64,000 bases of DNA from a virus (Duplodnaviria > Caudoviricetes). The translations under genes and the position numbers were made by a program. Below are positions 53,641 through 63,017 of the stretch, in pieces; position 1 is the stretch's first letter; each line of letters opens with the position of its first letter. Below the pieces are notes generated by a model, which worked only from the letters and a program-made list of their open reading frames with translations, did no database searches and was not told where the DNA came from. The DNA lies in IMG/VR virus record IMGVR_UViG_3300044693_000229, positions 3,963-67,962 of that record. One strand, written 5' to 3'.

Positions 53641-55998
53641 ATGGGCGCGCTTCTTCCTACACTGACTCCTGATTTGGTCGTAACCACTTTTGCGAACGCA
53701 GGCAATAAGACTGTGCCGCCGCAGACTGATCCGAATGGCTTCGTCAATTACCACGATGGTTACGGTCCGGATTACGAAATCGATTTGACGTCGGGCAATA
53801 CTTCGGCAAAAGGCGTTGAGCGCCCGGTTCAGAATTATTTGTTCGCGGAAATGACATCCATGATGCAATGGTGGCAATCCATGGGTCTCGCCCCATGGTA
53901 TTCCAACATGGCCAATCAAGGAACAAACGGGTATAACGCCGGTTCTTTGGTGGGACGCGTCAATGCCACTTCCGGCGAATGGGTGATTTGGCGATCCCTC
54001 AATGACGCAAATACCGTCGATCCCAATACGAATGGTCAAACGGCATGGGACTATGTTCCGACAACCGCTGATCTTTCGACGATGTTCGCAATGCCAGCGG
54101 GCGGCCAAGGACAAAAGCTTTTGCCAGGTGGTATTACGACGGAACAAGTTCTTGCCGCGAAAGACTTCAACACTCTTGTTACGGGCACATTTGAGTACGT
54201 AACGGATGCAATTGCGACGGGAAGCTCTAATACACCAAGCAATTATGCCGGCCTTGTCGAATGTAAACTTTGGACTAATTCGGGGGTTACATTTGGCGTG
54301 CAACGCTATTTGGACCGCACAGGCGCCATCTGGACGCGCGGCATGCAAAACGGCACATGGACGTCATGGGCAACCTTTGCCGTGACTCGTGCGGCAGTGA
54401 TTGCGGCATTGGGTTATACGCCGGCCAATCAAGCTACCACGATCACAGGAGGCGCGGGTTTGTCCGGCGGCGGTGATCTCAGCGCGAACCGCACTATATC
54501 GCTCGCTGCCATTGCGCAATCAACAGTGCTTGCCAATCCTACGGCCTCATCTGCCGTGCCCGTAGGCTGCACATTGCTTAATGGCATCATTCTAAATTCG
54601 CCGGCAAACACACTCGGTCTTGGCACAATCACGCCCGTAAACGTGGCATCACAGGGCTATGTAAGCGGCACGACGGCTACATTTACAGGGGCAGGAAGTT
54701 TCAATGGCATAACAAATAGTGGCAATGAAACCATCACTGGCACACTGAGCGTCGGAAACGTTACGTCGGTGACGACATCGGGCTCTGCCTCGTCGTTGGT
54801 CATAACGGATACCGGTTCAAGCGGCGCAAATATCAAACTAGCCGGTAATGGATCTACTACGCCTAATAAAACTATTCGTGCCGCTGGTGGTCAGTTACAG
54901 TTTGTAAACTCAGCCTACAACTCGGTGATGGCCTATTGGGACGATGCTGGGAACTACAACGGGGCTTCAGCGGGATTCTCTGGAACAGTAACCATTTCAA
55001 CGGCCGGCACTGGAGGAGTGCAAATTAACTCAAGCTCTACCAATAGTGCATCAATTAACATCGCGAACAGCGGCGGCGGCCACAGCTGGGCGATTGCCGC
55101 AACGGGGAGTGCTGGTCCCGTGGCCGCTGGATGCTTGGTGTTTTACGACAATACGTCAGGTGGAACGCGTGGGTATTTTGATACAAATGGCGCATTCACT
55201 GTAATAACATCAGCACAGACGATGACGCTAAATGTGCAGGACACGGGTGGGAACGGAGCAAATATAAAACTTAGCGGTAACGGATCTACAACGCCTAATA
55301 AATTCATTAGAGCAACGAATGGACAGTTGCAGTTCGTCAATCATGCATATTCTTCGGTAATCGCATCTTTAGACGATTCAGGAAATCTAACGTGTAATAA
55401 TTTATCATGCCAAAATTTGTCGTGTAGTTATGTTTTCGCAAATAACCATTTGAGTTCCTATACGTCGCAAGGGAGCTATGTCGGATGGAATCAAACATCT
55501 GGCGGCGGAGAAACGGATTTCATATGCAATCAAGGCGGCGGTAGCGTTGGTGGGTTCAATTGGTATACAACGAGTGGTAGTGGTTCAACATTAACGCAAG
55601 TAATGAGTCTGACTGGATCAGGTAACTTATCGGTCGTAGGAACCGGTAATTTTAACACGTCAGACAAAACCGTAAAAACAAACTTTATAGAAATGAGCCC
55701 TGTTTCTATACATGATTGTTGGTTTGGTAGTTATGATCGCACTGACATAAAAGCGCATGGCACTGGAGTAATAGCGCAAGACATCAGATTCAAAATGCCA
55801 CATCATGTTGCATATAATGAGTTTGAGGTGGAGGGGAAAAAGAAAAAATATCTACAAATCGATACGGCTAGTGTTGCTTTGGAGCAATCTATTTGGTGCG
55901 GTCGCCAAATTGACCAATTGATCGTTGATCGTGATGATATGCGCAAGCAAATCGAAACATTACTTGATCGCATCGCTGCGTTGGAAGCTCGTGTATGA
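53641..55998 (+). CDS. Tail fibre with a C-terminal S74-type intramolecular chaperone
   Basis: N-terminal FANAG...VN.HDGYG anchor; internal duplicated module; SDKTVK...GVIAQDI...coiled coil. Confidence 0.88.
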   Translation: MGALLPTLTPDLVVTTFANAGNKTVPPQTDPNGFVNYHDGYGPDYEIDLTSGNTSAKGVERPVQNYLFAEMTSMMQWWQSMGLAPWYSNMANQGTNGYNAGSLVGRVNATSGEWVIWRSLNDANTVDPNTNGQTAWDYVPTTADLSTMFAMPAGGQGQKLLPGGITTEQVLAAKDFNTLVTGTFEYVTDAIATGSSNTPSNYAGLVECKLWTNSGVTFGVQRYLDRTGAIWTRGMQNGTWTSWATFAVTRAAVIAALGYTPANQATTITGGAGLSGGGDLSANRTISLAAIAQSTVLANPTASSAVPVGCTLLNGIILNSPANTLGLGTITPVNVASQGYVSGTTATFTGAGSFNGITNSGNETITGTLSVGNVTSVTTSGSASSLVITDTGSSGANIKLAGNGSTTPNKTIRAAGGQLQFVNSAYNSVMAYWDDAGNYNGASAGFSGTVTISTAGTGGVQINSSSTNSASINIANSGGGHSWAIAATGSAGPVAAGCLVFYDNTSGGTRGYFDTNGAFTVITSAQTMTLNVQDTGGNGANIKLSGNGSTTPNKFIRATNGQLQFVNHAYSSVIASLDDSGNLTCNNLSCQNLSCSYVFANNHLSSYTSQGSYVGWNQTSGGGETDFICNQGGGSVGGFNWYTTSGSGSTLTQVMSLTGSGNLSVVGTGNFNTSDKTVKTNFIEMSPVSIHDCWFGSYDRTDIKAHGTGVIAQDIRFKMPHHVAYNEFEVEGKKKKYLQIDTASVALEQSIWCGRQIDQLIVDRDDMRKQIETLLDRIAALEARV

Positions 55999-56597
55999 GC
56001 ACTGGCATTATGGTCAATGGGACGGATCTGGCCAACATCTTCGGCGCCAAAGGCGCCAGCACGGCCGCCGCGACCGGTATCAAGGTCAACGGCACGGATC
56101 TCAATCAACTATTGCTGGCGAAGGCTGACGGACAGGCGATCAGCTATGCCACTGGGATCAAGGTCAACGGAACCGACCTCAACGCAATCTTCGGCGCACC
56201 CATTACTTCGCTCCCCATCAACGGTCAGACTTTCACCAGTCAGCCGACTTTTGCTGGTGGCATCTCAACAAGCAATCTCTACTTCAATACCAACAACGCA
56301 ACATGGTCGGTCACTGGAAGCTATAGCAATACGTCAGGTAGCATTCCTAGCGGTGCGACGCAGTGCCGTGTCACTGTAACCTATGTTTCGGGTAATACCG
56401 GAGGCTCGGTCACGAACCCGTTTTCATCCATGACGGCGTTAAGTTCGACCACCCAATCAGCAAATGTGCATTTGACTAGTTCGCAATCGTCACCCGTCAA
56501 CGCTACCTATTCTGTCAAGATCGAATACGCCAACAGCAGTGGCACGGTCATCTCTACGACAAACTGCACCTTCTACATGAACACAGCAGCGAGCTAA
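55995..56597 (+). CDS. Tail-fibre-associated protein
   Basis: Three GI(M/K)VNGTDL repeats, then a beta-rich domain. Confidence 0.65.
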   Translation: MSTGIMVNGTDLANIFGAKGASTAAATGIKVNGTDLNQLLLAKADGQAISYATGIKVNGTDLNAIFGAPITSLPINGQTFTSQPTFAGGISTSNLYFNTNNATWSVTGSYSNTSGSIPSGATQCRVTVTYVSGNTGGSVTNPFSSMTALSSTTQSANVHLTSSQSSPVNATYSVKIEYANSSGTVISTTNCTFYMNTAAS

Positions 56598-56602
56598 TTG
56601 CC

Positions 56603-57310
56603 ATGAATCTTTCCGCGTCCATCATCAGCGCCGGCACGGGATGTCGCATGGCTACCGCTTGCGCATGGCTTACACCATTGGAAACGGCATGCGATCGCTT
56701 TGGAATAACAAGCCCTGAGGCGATCGCCGCGCTATTGGCCAATATTGGCGTGGAGTCGGCGTCCTTGACCGTTTTGGCCGAGAACATGAATTACAGCGCG
56801 CAAGGCCTGGCGGACACCTGGCCCCAACGCTTTGCGATCGATCCCAAAGCCAAGCCTTATCGGCCCAACGATCAGGCGATTGCTCTGGCCTATAAGCCGC
56901 AAACAATTGCCAACACGGTCTATGCCAATCGGATGGGAAATGGGAATTTCGCCAGCGGCGATGGCTGGACCTTCCGCGGCCAGGGGCCTATCCAGGTGTC
57001 AGGGCGCCTTCTGTTCACTCAGCTTGCCGGCGCGCTCGGGCTTCCCTTAGTTGCCCATCCTGAGCTGCTACAGCAGCCGCAGGCGGGCGCCCTATCGGCC
57101 TCCTGGTTCTTTCATAACCGGGGGTGCACGGCCGCTGCAGAGTCTGGCGATTTCGCCAAAGTGGTTAAACTGATTAATGGCGCGCCCCCTTCCGATGCGA
57201 ATCAAGGCGATTTGAGGGCCGCACGCTATCGAGCGGTCATGCCGTTGATCACTTCGGCGCTGACGAGTCCTGACCAAGCACAAACGCCCGAACTTCTGAC
57301 CACAAAATAG
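56603..57310 (+). CDS. Endolysin, glycoside hydrolase family 19
   Basis: ANIGVES...ENMNYS; GDGWTFRGQGPIQVSGR; SASWFF; INGA. Confidence 0.9.
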   Translation: MNLSASIISAGTGCRMATACAWLTPLETACDRFGITSPEAIAALLANIGVESASLTVLAENMNYSAQGLADTWPQRFAIDPKAKPYRPNDQAIALAYKPQTIANTVYANRMGNGNFASGDGWTFRGQGPIQVSGRLLFTQLAGALGLPLVAHPELLQQPQAGALSASWFFHNRGCTAAAESGDFAKVVKLINGAPPSDANQGDLRAARYRAVMPLITSALTSPDQAQTPELLTTK

Positions 57311-57497
57311 CAGGCTCACGACTTGACGATAACTGGCTAGCGGCCAGCGCGAAGCTGGTCAAAAGAACTTTCAACACGCTAGGCCGAGAAATCTCGTTGA
57401 TGATGGTCGTGCAAAAATCGATCCATCCGCGCCAAGCCTCAAGGCGCGCTGCTAGATGGCGCTTCCGATGATGTTGGTTTTTCTTCTTCATTGTCAT
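57249..57497 (-). CDS. Possible small membrane-active protein (holin candidate)
   Basis: MTMKKK double start, basic N-terminus, weakly hydrophobic helices; overlaps both neighbours. Confidence 0.25.
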   Translation of the reverse strand: MTMKKKNQHHRKRHLAARLEAWRGWIDFCTTIINEISRPSVLKVLLTSFALAASQLSSSREPAILWSEVRAFVLGQDSSAPK

Positions 57498-58329
57498 AAG
57501 TCGCTGAAATCTTTCGATCTGCTTCCGACTGCGCGGCTTCGACTCTCGCGCGGTCTTGAGCACTCAAAAGATCCTTGAATGAATCGGTCCAAAAAACAAG
57601 CTCTGTCTTCTCTGACGGTTGATCATAGCTTGGAATGAAGATATGCATGTACTGCGATGTCATGATATTTGCAAGCATCAACGGCATAACATTATCGTCG
57701 ATCACAATGCCTTCGTCGGTCGCTTCATAGCCAACCGCTTGCATATATTTATGGCCGCCGCTTGGAAGGTCAAAAACAATATGCATCATGACTGAGTTTT
57801 GGGCGTCTCCTTCCAAAAACCGATAGGTATGGAACTGGGCGCCGAAATTTCCGTGCAACGCGCCATCTTGCCAATACATGTGCAGTTCCGTTGCATGCTT
57901 CCAAGTTTGAGACGGATCGCTTAGCGGTTGTGAAATGAAAGCAAAAGCGTCATAGATTGATCGCGCAAAGTACCCGTGTTGGGGTTCTCCGGTTTCGGGG
58001 TTGACCGGGTTTACGGAATGAAACGCTGACGATTTCATTGCATATTCGAAGGCATCTTCAACATTAATGTCATCGTCGCGATGGTAATCTGATGAGAAAG
58101 CCATCTTGATTTGCTCATCGGCAGATGTTGCAGTCTTCGTGCCATGCGCAAATAATAGCAATGGTCCCGTTTGAGCAACCGGTTTATCTGCGACGGTCGT
58201 CACGTTTGCGACGGGATCTGGCCATGGTGCGGCAACGACAATCGCAATGCCGATAACGAAACAAACAAAAAGCCAAAGTCCAATATAAATACGGGTCTTG
58301 AGTGGAGCTTTTAAAGATATGTTTTGCAT
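57439..58329 (-). CDS. N-terminally anchored membrane protein, about 296 aa
   Basis: TM helix IYIGLWLFVCFVIGIAIVVAAPW; start set at MQNISL. Confidence 0.7.
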   Translation of the reverse strand: MQNISLKAPLKTRIYIGLWLFVCFVIGIAIVVAAPWPDPVANVTTVADKPVAQTGPLLLFAHGTKTATSADEQIKMAFSSDYHRDDDINVEDAFEYAMKSSAFHSVNPVNPETGEPQHGYFARSIYDAFAFISQPLSDPSQTWKHATELHMYWQDGALHGNFGAQFHTYRFLEGDAQNSVMMHIVFDLPSGGHKYMQAVGYEATDEGIVIDDNVMPLMLANIMTSQYMHIFIPSYDQPSEKTELVFWTDSFKDLLSAQDRARVEAAQSEADRKISATYDNEEEKPTSSEAPSSSAP

Positions 58330-58333
58330 GGCG

Positions 58334-58585
58334 TCATTCTCTTGGGTTCTGGTGGCATTCTGAATTTCCGTTAATCGTAATAGGCGATGGAGGTATTTGT
58401 AAACCCCCATCGCCTTGCTGTGTAGGGCTTCGGTCGCGACAAGGAATGACCATTTGCGTCACAAAAACCTGACGAATTTTGATCGTTACCGATCCATCCG
58501 GGTTTTTCATCGCATTAAAGGTTTCCCCCGCAAGAGTCCCTAAAGGGATACGGATTGGAATGGTAGGCTGGTCAACCATGGTCAT
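58334..58585 (-). CDS. Hypothetical protein
   Basis: AAGGAG RBS. Confidence 0.6.
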   Translation of the reverse strand: MTMVDQPTIPIRIPLGTLAGETFNAMKNPDGSVTIKIRQVFVTQMVIPCRDRSPTQQGDGGLQIPPSPITINGNSECHQNPRE

Positions 58586-58616
58586 CTCCTTGTTCCCACG
58601 GTCGCCAGTATGAGGA

Positions 58617-59096
58617 TTAGGATGGGGCCTTGACAGGGACCGCCGTCACTGGTTCAGCCCCCGTGTGGGAAGCCTCCGCCGCCATGGCCGCTGGAATCGC
58701 TGCAGGCGCGCCGTGGGCGCCTGCCATGGCTGCCGCCAGCCCCTGAATCAAGGTCGTTGTCTGATGCGCCAGCGCCCAAGCTACGCCGGCCTCAAACACG
58801 GCCTCCGGAGAAGGCAGAAAAAGGGCGGTTGCCCGTTTCGCACTTACCCATTCCTTGGCCGCCTCGTCCAGCTCCGCAGCTGACCAGGTTGAAAGGCCAG
58901 GGATAATAGCGTTCGCCACCGAATTGGCCACGATGGCCGGATGGGTCGCATCTGCCGCGGCCTGTACCACTGACGACACTTCGTCATGCCTTGTGCCTTC
59001 GGCAGTGACGGCCGAACCCACAAGCGCTGTGATGATATTCTGAACGACGCTTGATTTCATGGTTTCCATGAGAATATGGAAGATATTGGCCCACAT
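58617..59096 (-). CDS. Ala-rich hypothetical protein
   Basis: AAGGGGG RBS. Confidence 0.65.
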   Translation of the reverse strand: MWANIFHILMETMKSSVVQNIITALVGSAVTAEGTRHDEVSSVVQAAADATHPAIVANSVANAIIPGLSTWSAAELDEAAKEWVSAKRATALFLPSPEAVFEAGVAWALAHQTTTLIQGLAAAMAGAHGAPAAIPAAMAAEASHTGAEPVTAVPVKAPS

Positions 59097-59120
59097 AGAC
59101 GCCCCCTTGGTTGGATAGTC

Positions 59121-59146
59121 AAACGCCCTGGAGACCCAGGGCGTTT
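59121..59146. terminator. Terminator hairpin
   Basis: AAACGCCCTGG-AGAC-CCAGGGCGTTT. Confidence 0.75.
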
Positions 59147-59170
59147 GAAGTATAAGCCGAATGGTCCAGC

Positions 59171-60067
59171 TTAGAAGTTTTCCGCTTCCGAAGCGTCATC
59201 CGCAACGCCACCGGTATCCTGATTGGTATAGTCCGCCTTGGTATGGTCGGCCTTAACCTGGCCGCCGTTGACTGCCTTGTAAAACTTCTTCGCCTCGGCG
59301 TAATCGCGCGGGTCTTGCACCATTCCGTCCAATTCAAATTCGATCGCCGACCAGGAGCCTTTCGCATTTGTCTTGGATATCGTTTTAGCACGGACGATAT
59401 TGGCAAACGTCGGCGGTGTGCGCTTGCCCTGAGCCGTCTCAACAACCTTATTGCGAAGCAGCGTCATCAGCGATCGCGAAGCCTTGACCATGGTCGACGA
59501 AAGCGACAGCACCGCCATGGAAGTGGCGCCAGTCTTCGGATCGATCAGCAGCACATAATGCACGCGTGTATCAACGATATAGTTCGACTTCTTTTCGTCA
59601 ACGCGACCGTTTTCCATCGGGCGATAAGCCTTGCCGTTGAGGACGCTAACCTCCTTGCGCTCCACCATGGCATCGTATTCTTCGGGAGTATATTCGCCCT
59701 TGAAGCCGCTGCCTTCCGATCCGCGCGGCGCCCATTCAATAAACGTCCGCTTGAATGCGCAAGGGATCAGGCGGATGCCTTCCTTGCCGTCGTACATTTC
59801 CTTCGTCACGCTATTATAAAACATGCCGGCCTTGGCGCCTTCGATGTGGTTCGGTGAGTCTTCATCCACGATCGGCGACATCTTTTGAAGGATCTGCAGA
59901 AACGGAATCGAATACGATTCAGCGCCGGCACCTTCAAAGCCGGCGAGGCCGAAGTCTTCGGCATCCATGAAGTCCGGCGCAACAGTCAATGCACCGCCGT
60001 GGCCCGTACTTGGCAGGTTCTTGGTTTCTTCATCCGCAACGGGAGCGGCATCATGCTTCTTGGTCAT
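59171..60067 (-). CDS. Putative ssDNA-binding protein
   Basis: IPFLQILQKMSP motif, acidic C-terminus ending in Phe, replication-cluster position. Confidence 0.55.
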   Translation of the reverse strand: MTKKHDAAPVADEETKNLPSTGHGGALTVAPDFMDAEDFGLAGFEGAGAESYSIPFLQILQKMSPIVDEDSPNHIEGAKAGMFYNSVTKEMYDGKEGIRLIPCAFKRTFIEWAPRGSEGSGFKGEYTPEEYDAMVERKEVSVLNGKAYRPMENGRVDEKKSNYIVDTRVHYVLLIDPKTGATSMAVLSLSSTMVKASRSLMTLLRNKVVETAQGKRTPPTFANIVRAKTISKTNAKGSWSAIEFELDGMVQDPRDYAEAKKFYKAVNGGQVKADHTKADYTNQDTGGVADDASEAENF

Positions 60068-60102
60068 ACGAAATAGCCTCAAGGTTGAGTGGTGAGTGAT
60101 GA

Positions 60103-60696
60103 TCAGCCGCGCGCGCGGCGAGTCCGTGGGCGCGTGATTTTCGCCCGGTCGAATTGATGAACGCCGAAAAGCTCAAGCGGTAAATTAGTGCCGGCCCCCA
60201 ATTGCTCAACAACAAATGCTTTGAGGGTAGAAGCATGGATGTTGCGATCCATGGCCGCAGCAAAGCCGGCATCACGCAACGTTACAAGTGCCTTTTGCGC
60301 ATCTTCGATTTCATCCTTGCCAAAATCGGCATGCACGCGCGTTTTGATGATGGCTTCAAAGTTGTTTTCGGTAAGCCATTGAAATGCCGGTTCGCGATGC
60401 TCTTCGCTGATATAGGCATGGATGACGTTCTCAAGCTTGATTTCTGAGCCATCTGTCAGCGTGAACTTTTGCAAACCAAGCTCTTGCATGGCGCTTGGAA
60501 TAAAATCGCACAGGATCTTGTTCAGACGATCCGTTTTGTCTTTGACAGTGGCTGTCAACTCAGCAATTTCATTCTCGAACTTGCGGGCCTGTTCTGCCAA
60601 CTCCATGAACCGTTTAAGCGTCATCGGCTCGTCGGCTGCAGCGGGCTCGATGTCAGCGAAATAATCGTCTCCGGTCATTACATCGGAAGAGGTCAT
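60103..60696 (-). CDS. Conserved replication-cluster protein, coiled-coil N-terminus
   Basis: AFQWLTENNFEAIIKT...IHASTLKAFV; ATGA overlap. Confidence 0.65.
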   Translation of the reverse strand: MTSSDVMTGDDYFADIEPAAADEPMTLKRFMELAEQARKFENEIAELTATVKDKTDRLNKILCDFIPSAMQELGLQKFTLTDGSEIKLENVIHAYISEEHREPAFQWLTENNFEAIIKTRVHADFGKDEIEDAQKALVTLRDAGFAAAMDRNIHASTLKAFVVEQLGAGTNLPLELFGVHQFDRAKITRPRTRRARG

Positions 60697-61034
60697 GATA
60701 GGTCGATTTCCGTTTGGATATAGGTTTTGAGTTCCCGCACCCATTTAAGCATTTTGAGTGTGGGGCTGCGTCGCAGGATGACGCCTGCACAGGTGGCAAT
60801 CAGACATGGATCGCCTACGGCGATCAGATAATCCTCATGCGTGAATGTGGCAAGACGTGAACGGACTTTATGCGTCATCCGACTAATCAAGTTGGGGTCG
60901 TCGCCATCATCAAGCACAACCTCCAGTTGGCCGAATTGTTGGGCCGGCGTGAAGTCATACATTTCGACAAGGCGCCGCGTGTCTCTGTCGAAACGCTTGA
61001 TGATCTGCGGAATGAAAACGCGAGGCGTTGGCAT
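60693..61034 (-). CDS. Hypothetical replication-cluster protein
   Basis: A..FG.L; DYLIAVGDP. Confidence 0.65.
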   Translation of the reverse strand: MPTPRVFIPQIIKRFDRDTRRLVEMYDFTPAQQFGQLEVVLDDGDDPNLISRMTHKVRSRLATFTHEDYLIAVGDPCLIATCAGVILRRSPTLKMLKWVRELKTYIQTEIDLS

Positions 61035-61113
61035 CTAGGTAAAGTTCCTTGAATCTTTCTAGGCGGTTCTTACGATCCAGTATGCCTCAAAATGGCCTCC
61101 TTAACAAGTGGGG

Positions 61114-62601
61114 TTATTTGCCGTCCAAGACCACTGCGGCTGTGGCCGATTTCTGCGCCAACATGCGAAAAATGTCTTCGTCAATCGTGTCCTCCGCAAC
61201 TAGGTCGATATAAACGCAGCTTTTGGATTGCCCAATGCGGTGTGTCCGGTCTTCGGTTTGCATCCGAATTTCGTTATCGGGGCTGCATGAATAGTAGATC
61301 GATGTCAAATCGCCTTGGATGGTTTGATCGCCGATCAGCGTCAGCCCTACCCCGGCTGCCTGGCCATGAGCGACAATGGCGCGGATGCGGCCTGCCTGGA
61401 AATCGTCAATGGCGCGTTCGCGGGAATCGGACAATGTTTTGCCATAGTAATGAGCGCATGAGATATCGGCCTGGCGCAACGCAACCAAGATTTGGTTGAT
61501 TTCTTCTTCGAACATGGCCCAAACGATGAACTGGCCTTCAAGATCTTCGATCACTTCCTTGAACAGCTGCATGCGTTCACTTTCGGCCTGATCCTTTTCG
61601 ACGAGCTGCGCCACGCCATCTATGAAGATGAAGCCGCTTGTTACTTGTTTCATCTTAGTGCGCGCGGCAATCGCCTGGAAACTTTTGTCTTCAAGGTCAT
61701 GCGTTAGGTAAGCGTAATCCTCCGCTAAGCGATCATAGACTTTGCGCTGGGCTGGTGTCAGTTCAAACGTAAGCTGCTTGTAAATCTTCGGCGGCAAATC
61801 CAAGCATTCTGCTTTGGTGACGCGAAAAGAATGGGGTTGGATGAGGCGCCGCAATTTGTCGAGATTCTTATACAGCTTGTTGCCTTGTTCATCTTCAGCA
61901 ACAACTTGCGTATATCGCCCACCGTTTTTGCGCATGATGGCGATCATTTTCGGATCGTCAGGTTGAAGCAAGACCGCGAACTCAGCAAAGAATGCACGAT
62001 AGGACGTCGTGCCTAGCAAACCTGGATGAAGGAATTCAAATTGGGAATATAAGTCGCCTGGGTTTTTGGTAAGAGGGGTGCCAGTCAAAATGCGACGAGC
62101 CGCGGCCAATTTCCCAAGTTTGATGCATCGTTTGGTGCGCTCAGCTTTCAGATTCTTGATACGTTGACTTTCGTCAATCGTAATTAAACAGCGAAACGCA
62201 CGTAAAAAATCTTCAACCAATTCGTATCCATCGGCTCGGATGATGGCGTCAATGTTTATCGTAAGGACACGCAAAGTAGGCGGCGTGTTTTCAGGAAACG
62301 GTTCGAATAACGCTTCGATTTCTGCTTTCTTTGTTTTTGTCGTGGGTTTGCCGCGCCATGCGAACGTTTTGCACGGCACGCTCATATGCGTTGGAATCTC
62401 CCGACGTACCCAGTTGGTATGTACGCCTTTTGGAGCAATAACCACTAGGGCGTCAATTTTGTTTTCCATAAAAGCGCGTTCGACATCAGCAAGATCCGTC
62501 CATGTCTTGCCGCAACCTTGCTCCATAAAATAGGCGAAATTCCGCTTGCCATACGAAGCGCGCAATGCATCGACTTGATGCTTCATTCCTTTTGTTTTCA
62601 T
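61114..62601 (-). CDS. SNF2-like superfamily 2 helicase
   Basis: FMEQGCGKT, IDESQRIKN, LTGTP, QTEDRTHRIGQ. Confidence 0.9.
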   Translation of the reverse strand: MKTKGMKHQVDALRASYGKRNFAYFMEQGCGKTWTDLADVERAFMENKIDALVVIAPKGVHTNWVRREIPTHMSVPCKTFAWRGKPTTKTKKAEIEALFEPFPENTPPTLRVLTINIDAIIRADGYELVEDFLRAFRCLITIDESQRIKNLKAERTKRCIKLGKLAAARRILTGTPLTKNPGDLYSQFEFLHPGLLGTTSYRAFFAEFAVLLQPDDPKMIAIMRKNGGRYTQVVAEDEQGNKLYKNLDKLRRLIQPHSFRVTKAECLDLPPKIYKQLTFELTPAQRKVYDRLAEDYAYLTHDLEDKSFQAIAARTKMKQVTSGFIFIDGVAQLVEKDQAESERMQLFKEVIEDLEGQFIVWAMFEEEINQILVALRQADISCAHYYGKTLSDSRERAIDDFQAGRIRAIVAHGQAAGVGLTLIGDQTIQGDLTSIYYSCSPDNEIRMQTEDRTHRIGQSKSCVYIDLVAEDTIDEDIFRMLAQKSATAAVVLDGK

Positions 62602-63017
62602 TTTGTATGCGTCTCTAGAAAAGTGAGAATGGCGTCACGACCAAGACAAAGAGCTTGTTCTAGCAATTGATCCTTTGTCATGAATTCAAGAGGGTCAAGA
62701 GGGCACAAAAGCAATCGCTCAATATAACTTCCTTCTCCTACATGAAGAAAAACATAAGCGTTTCCTTGCCATTGACGCCAACTACGCAAAAAAGGCAATT
62801 GGCCAGGCTCAAATGAATCTTTTAAAGGATATGTTGATGATCGTTTTGGCCATTCCTTGAGCGCCTTGTTCTCTATCAAAATAACAGCGCCGCGGCGATT
62901 CTGTAAGATGACATCTGAAAACGCTTCGCGATTTGATTCGATGCGCTCCTTTTTAAGAATAGAAGTATCGATGTAATCGGCGAATGTCGACCATGCCTTC
63001 TTTTCTCTCTGAATCAT
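62598..63017 (-). CDS. PD-(D/E)xK nuclease, VRR-Nuc/resolvase-like
   Basis: RIES...FSDV...LIENK...GQL.FL..W. Confidence 0.7.
   Translation of the reverse strand: MIQREKKAWSTFADYIDTSILKKERIESNREAFSDVILQNRRGAVILIENKALKEWPKRSSTYPLKDSFEPGQLPFLRSWRQWQGNAYVFLHVGEGSYIERLLLCPLDPLEFMTKDQLLEQALCLGRDAILTFLETHTK

Noticed and set aside
54800-55390. Diversity-generating retroelement template/variable repeat pair
   Set aside because: Differences involve all four bases, mostly at synonymous sites; no reverse transcriptase in the window.
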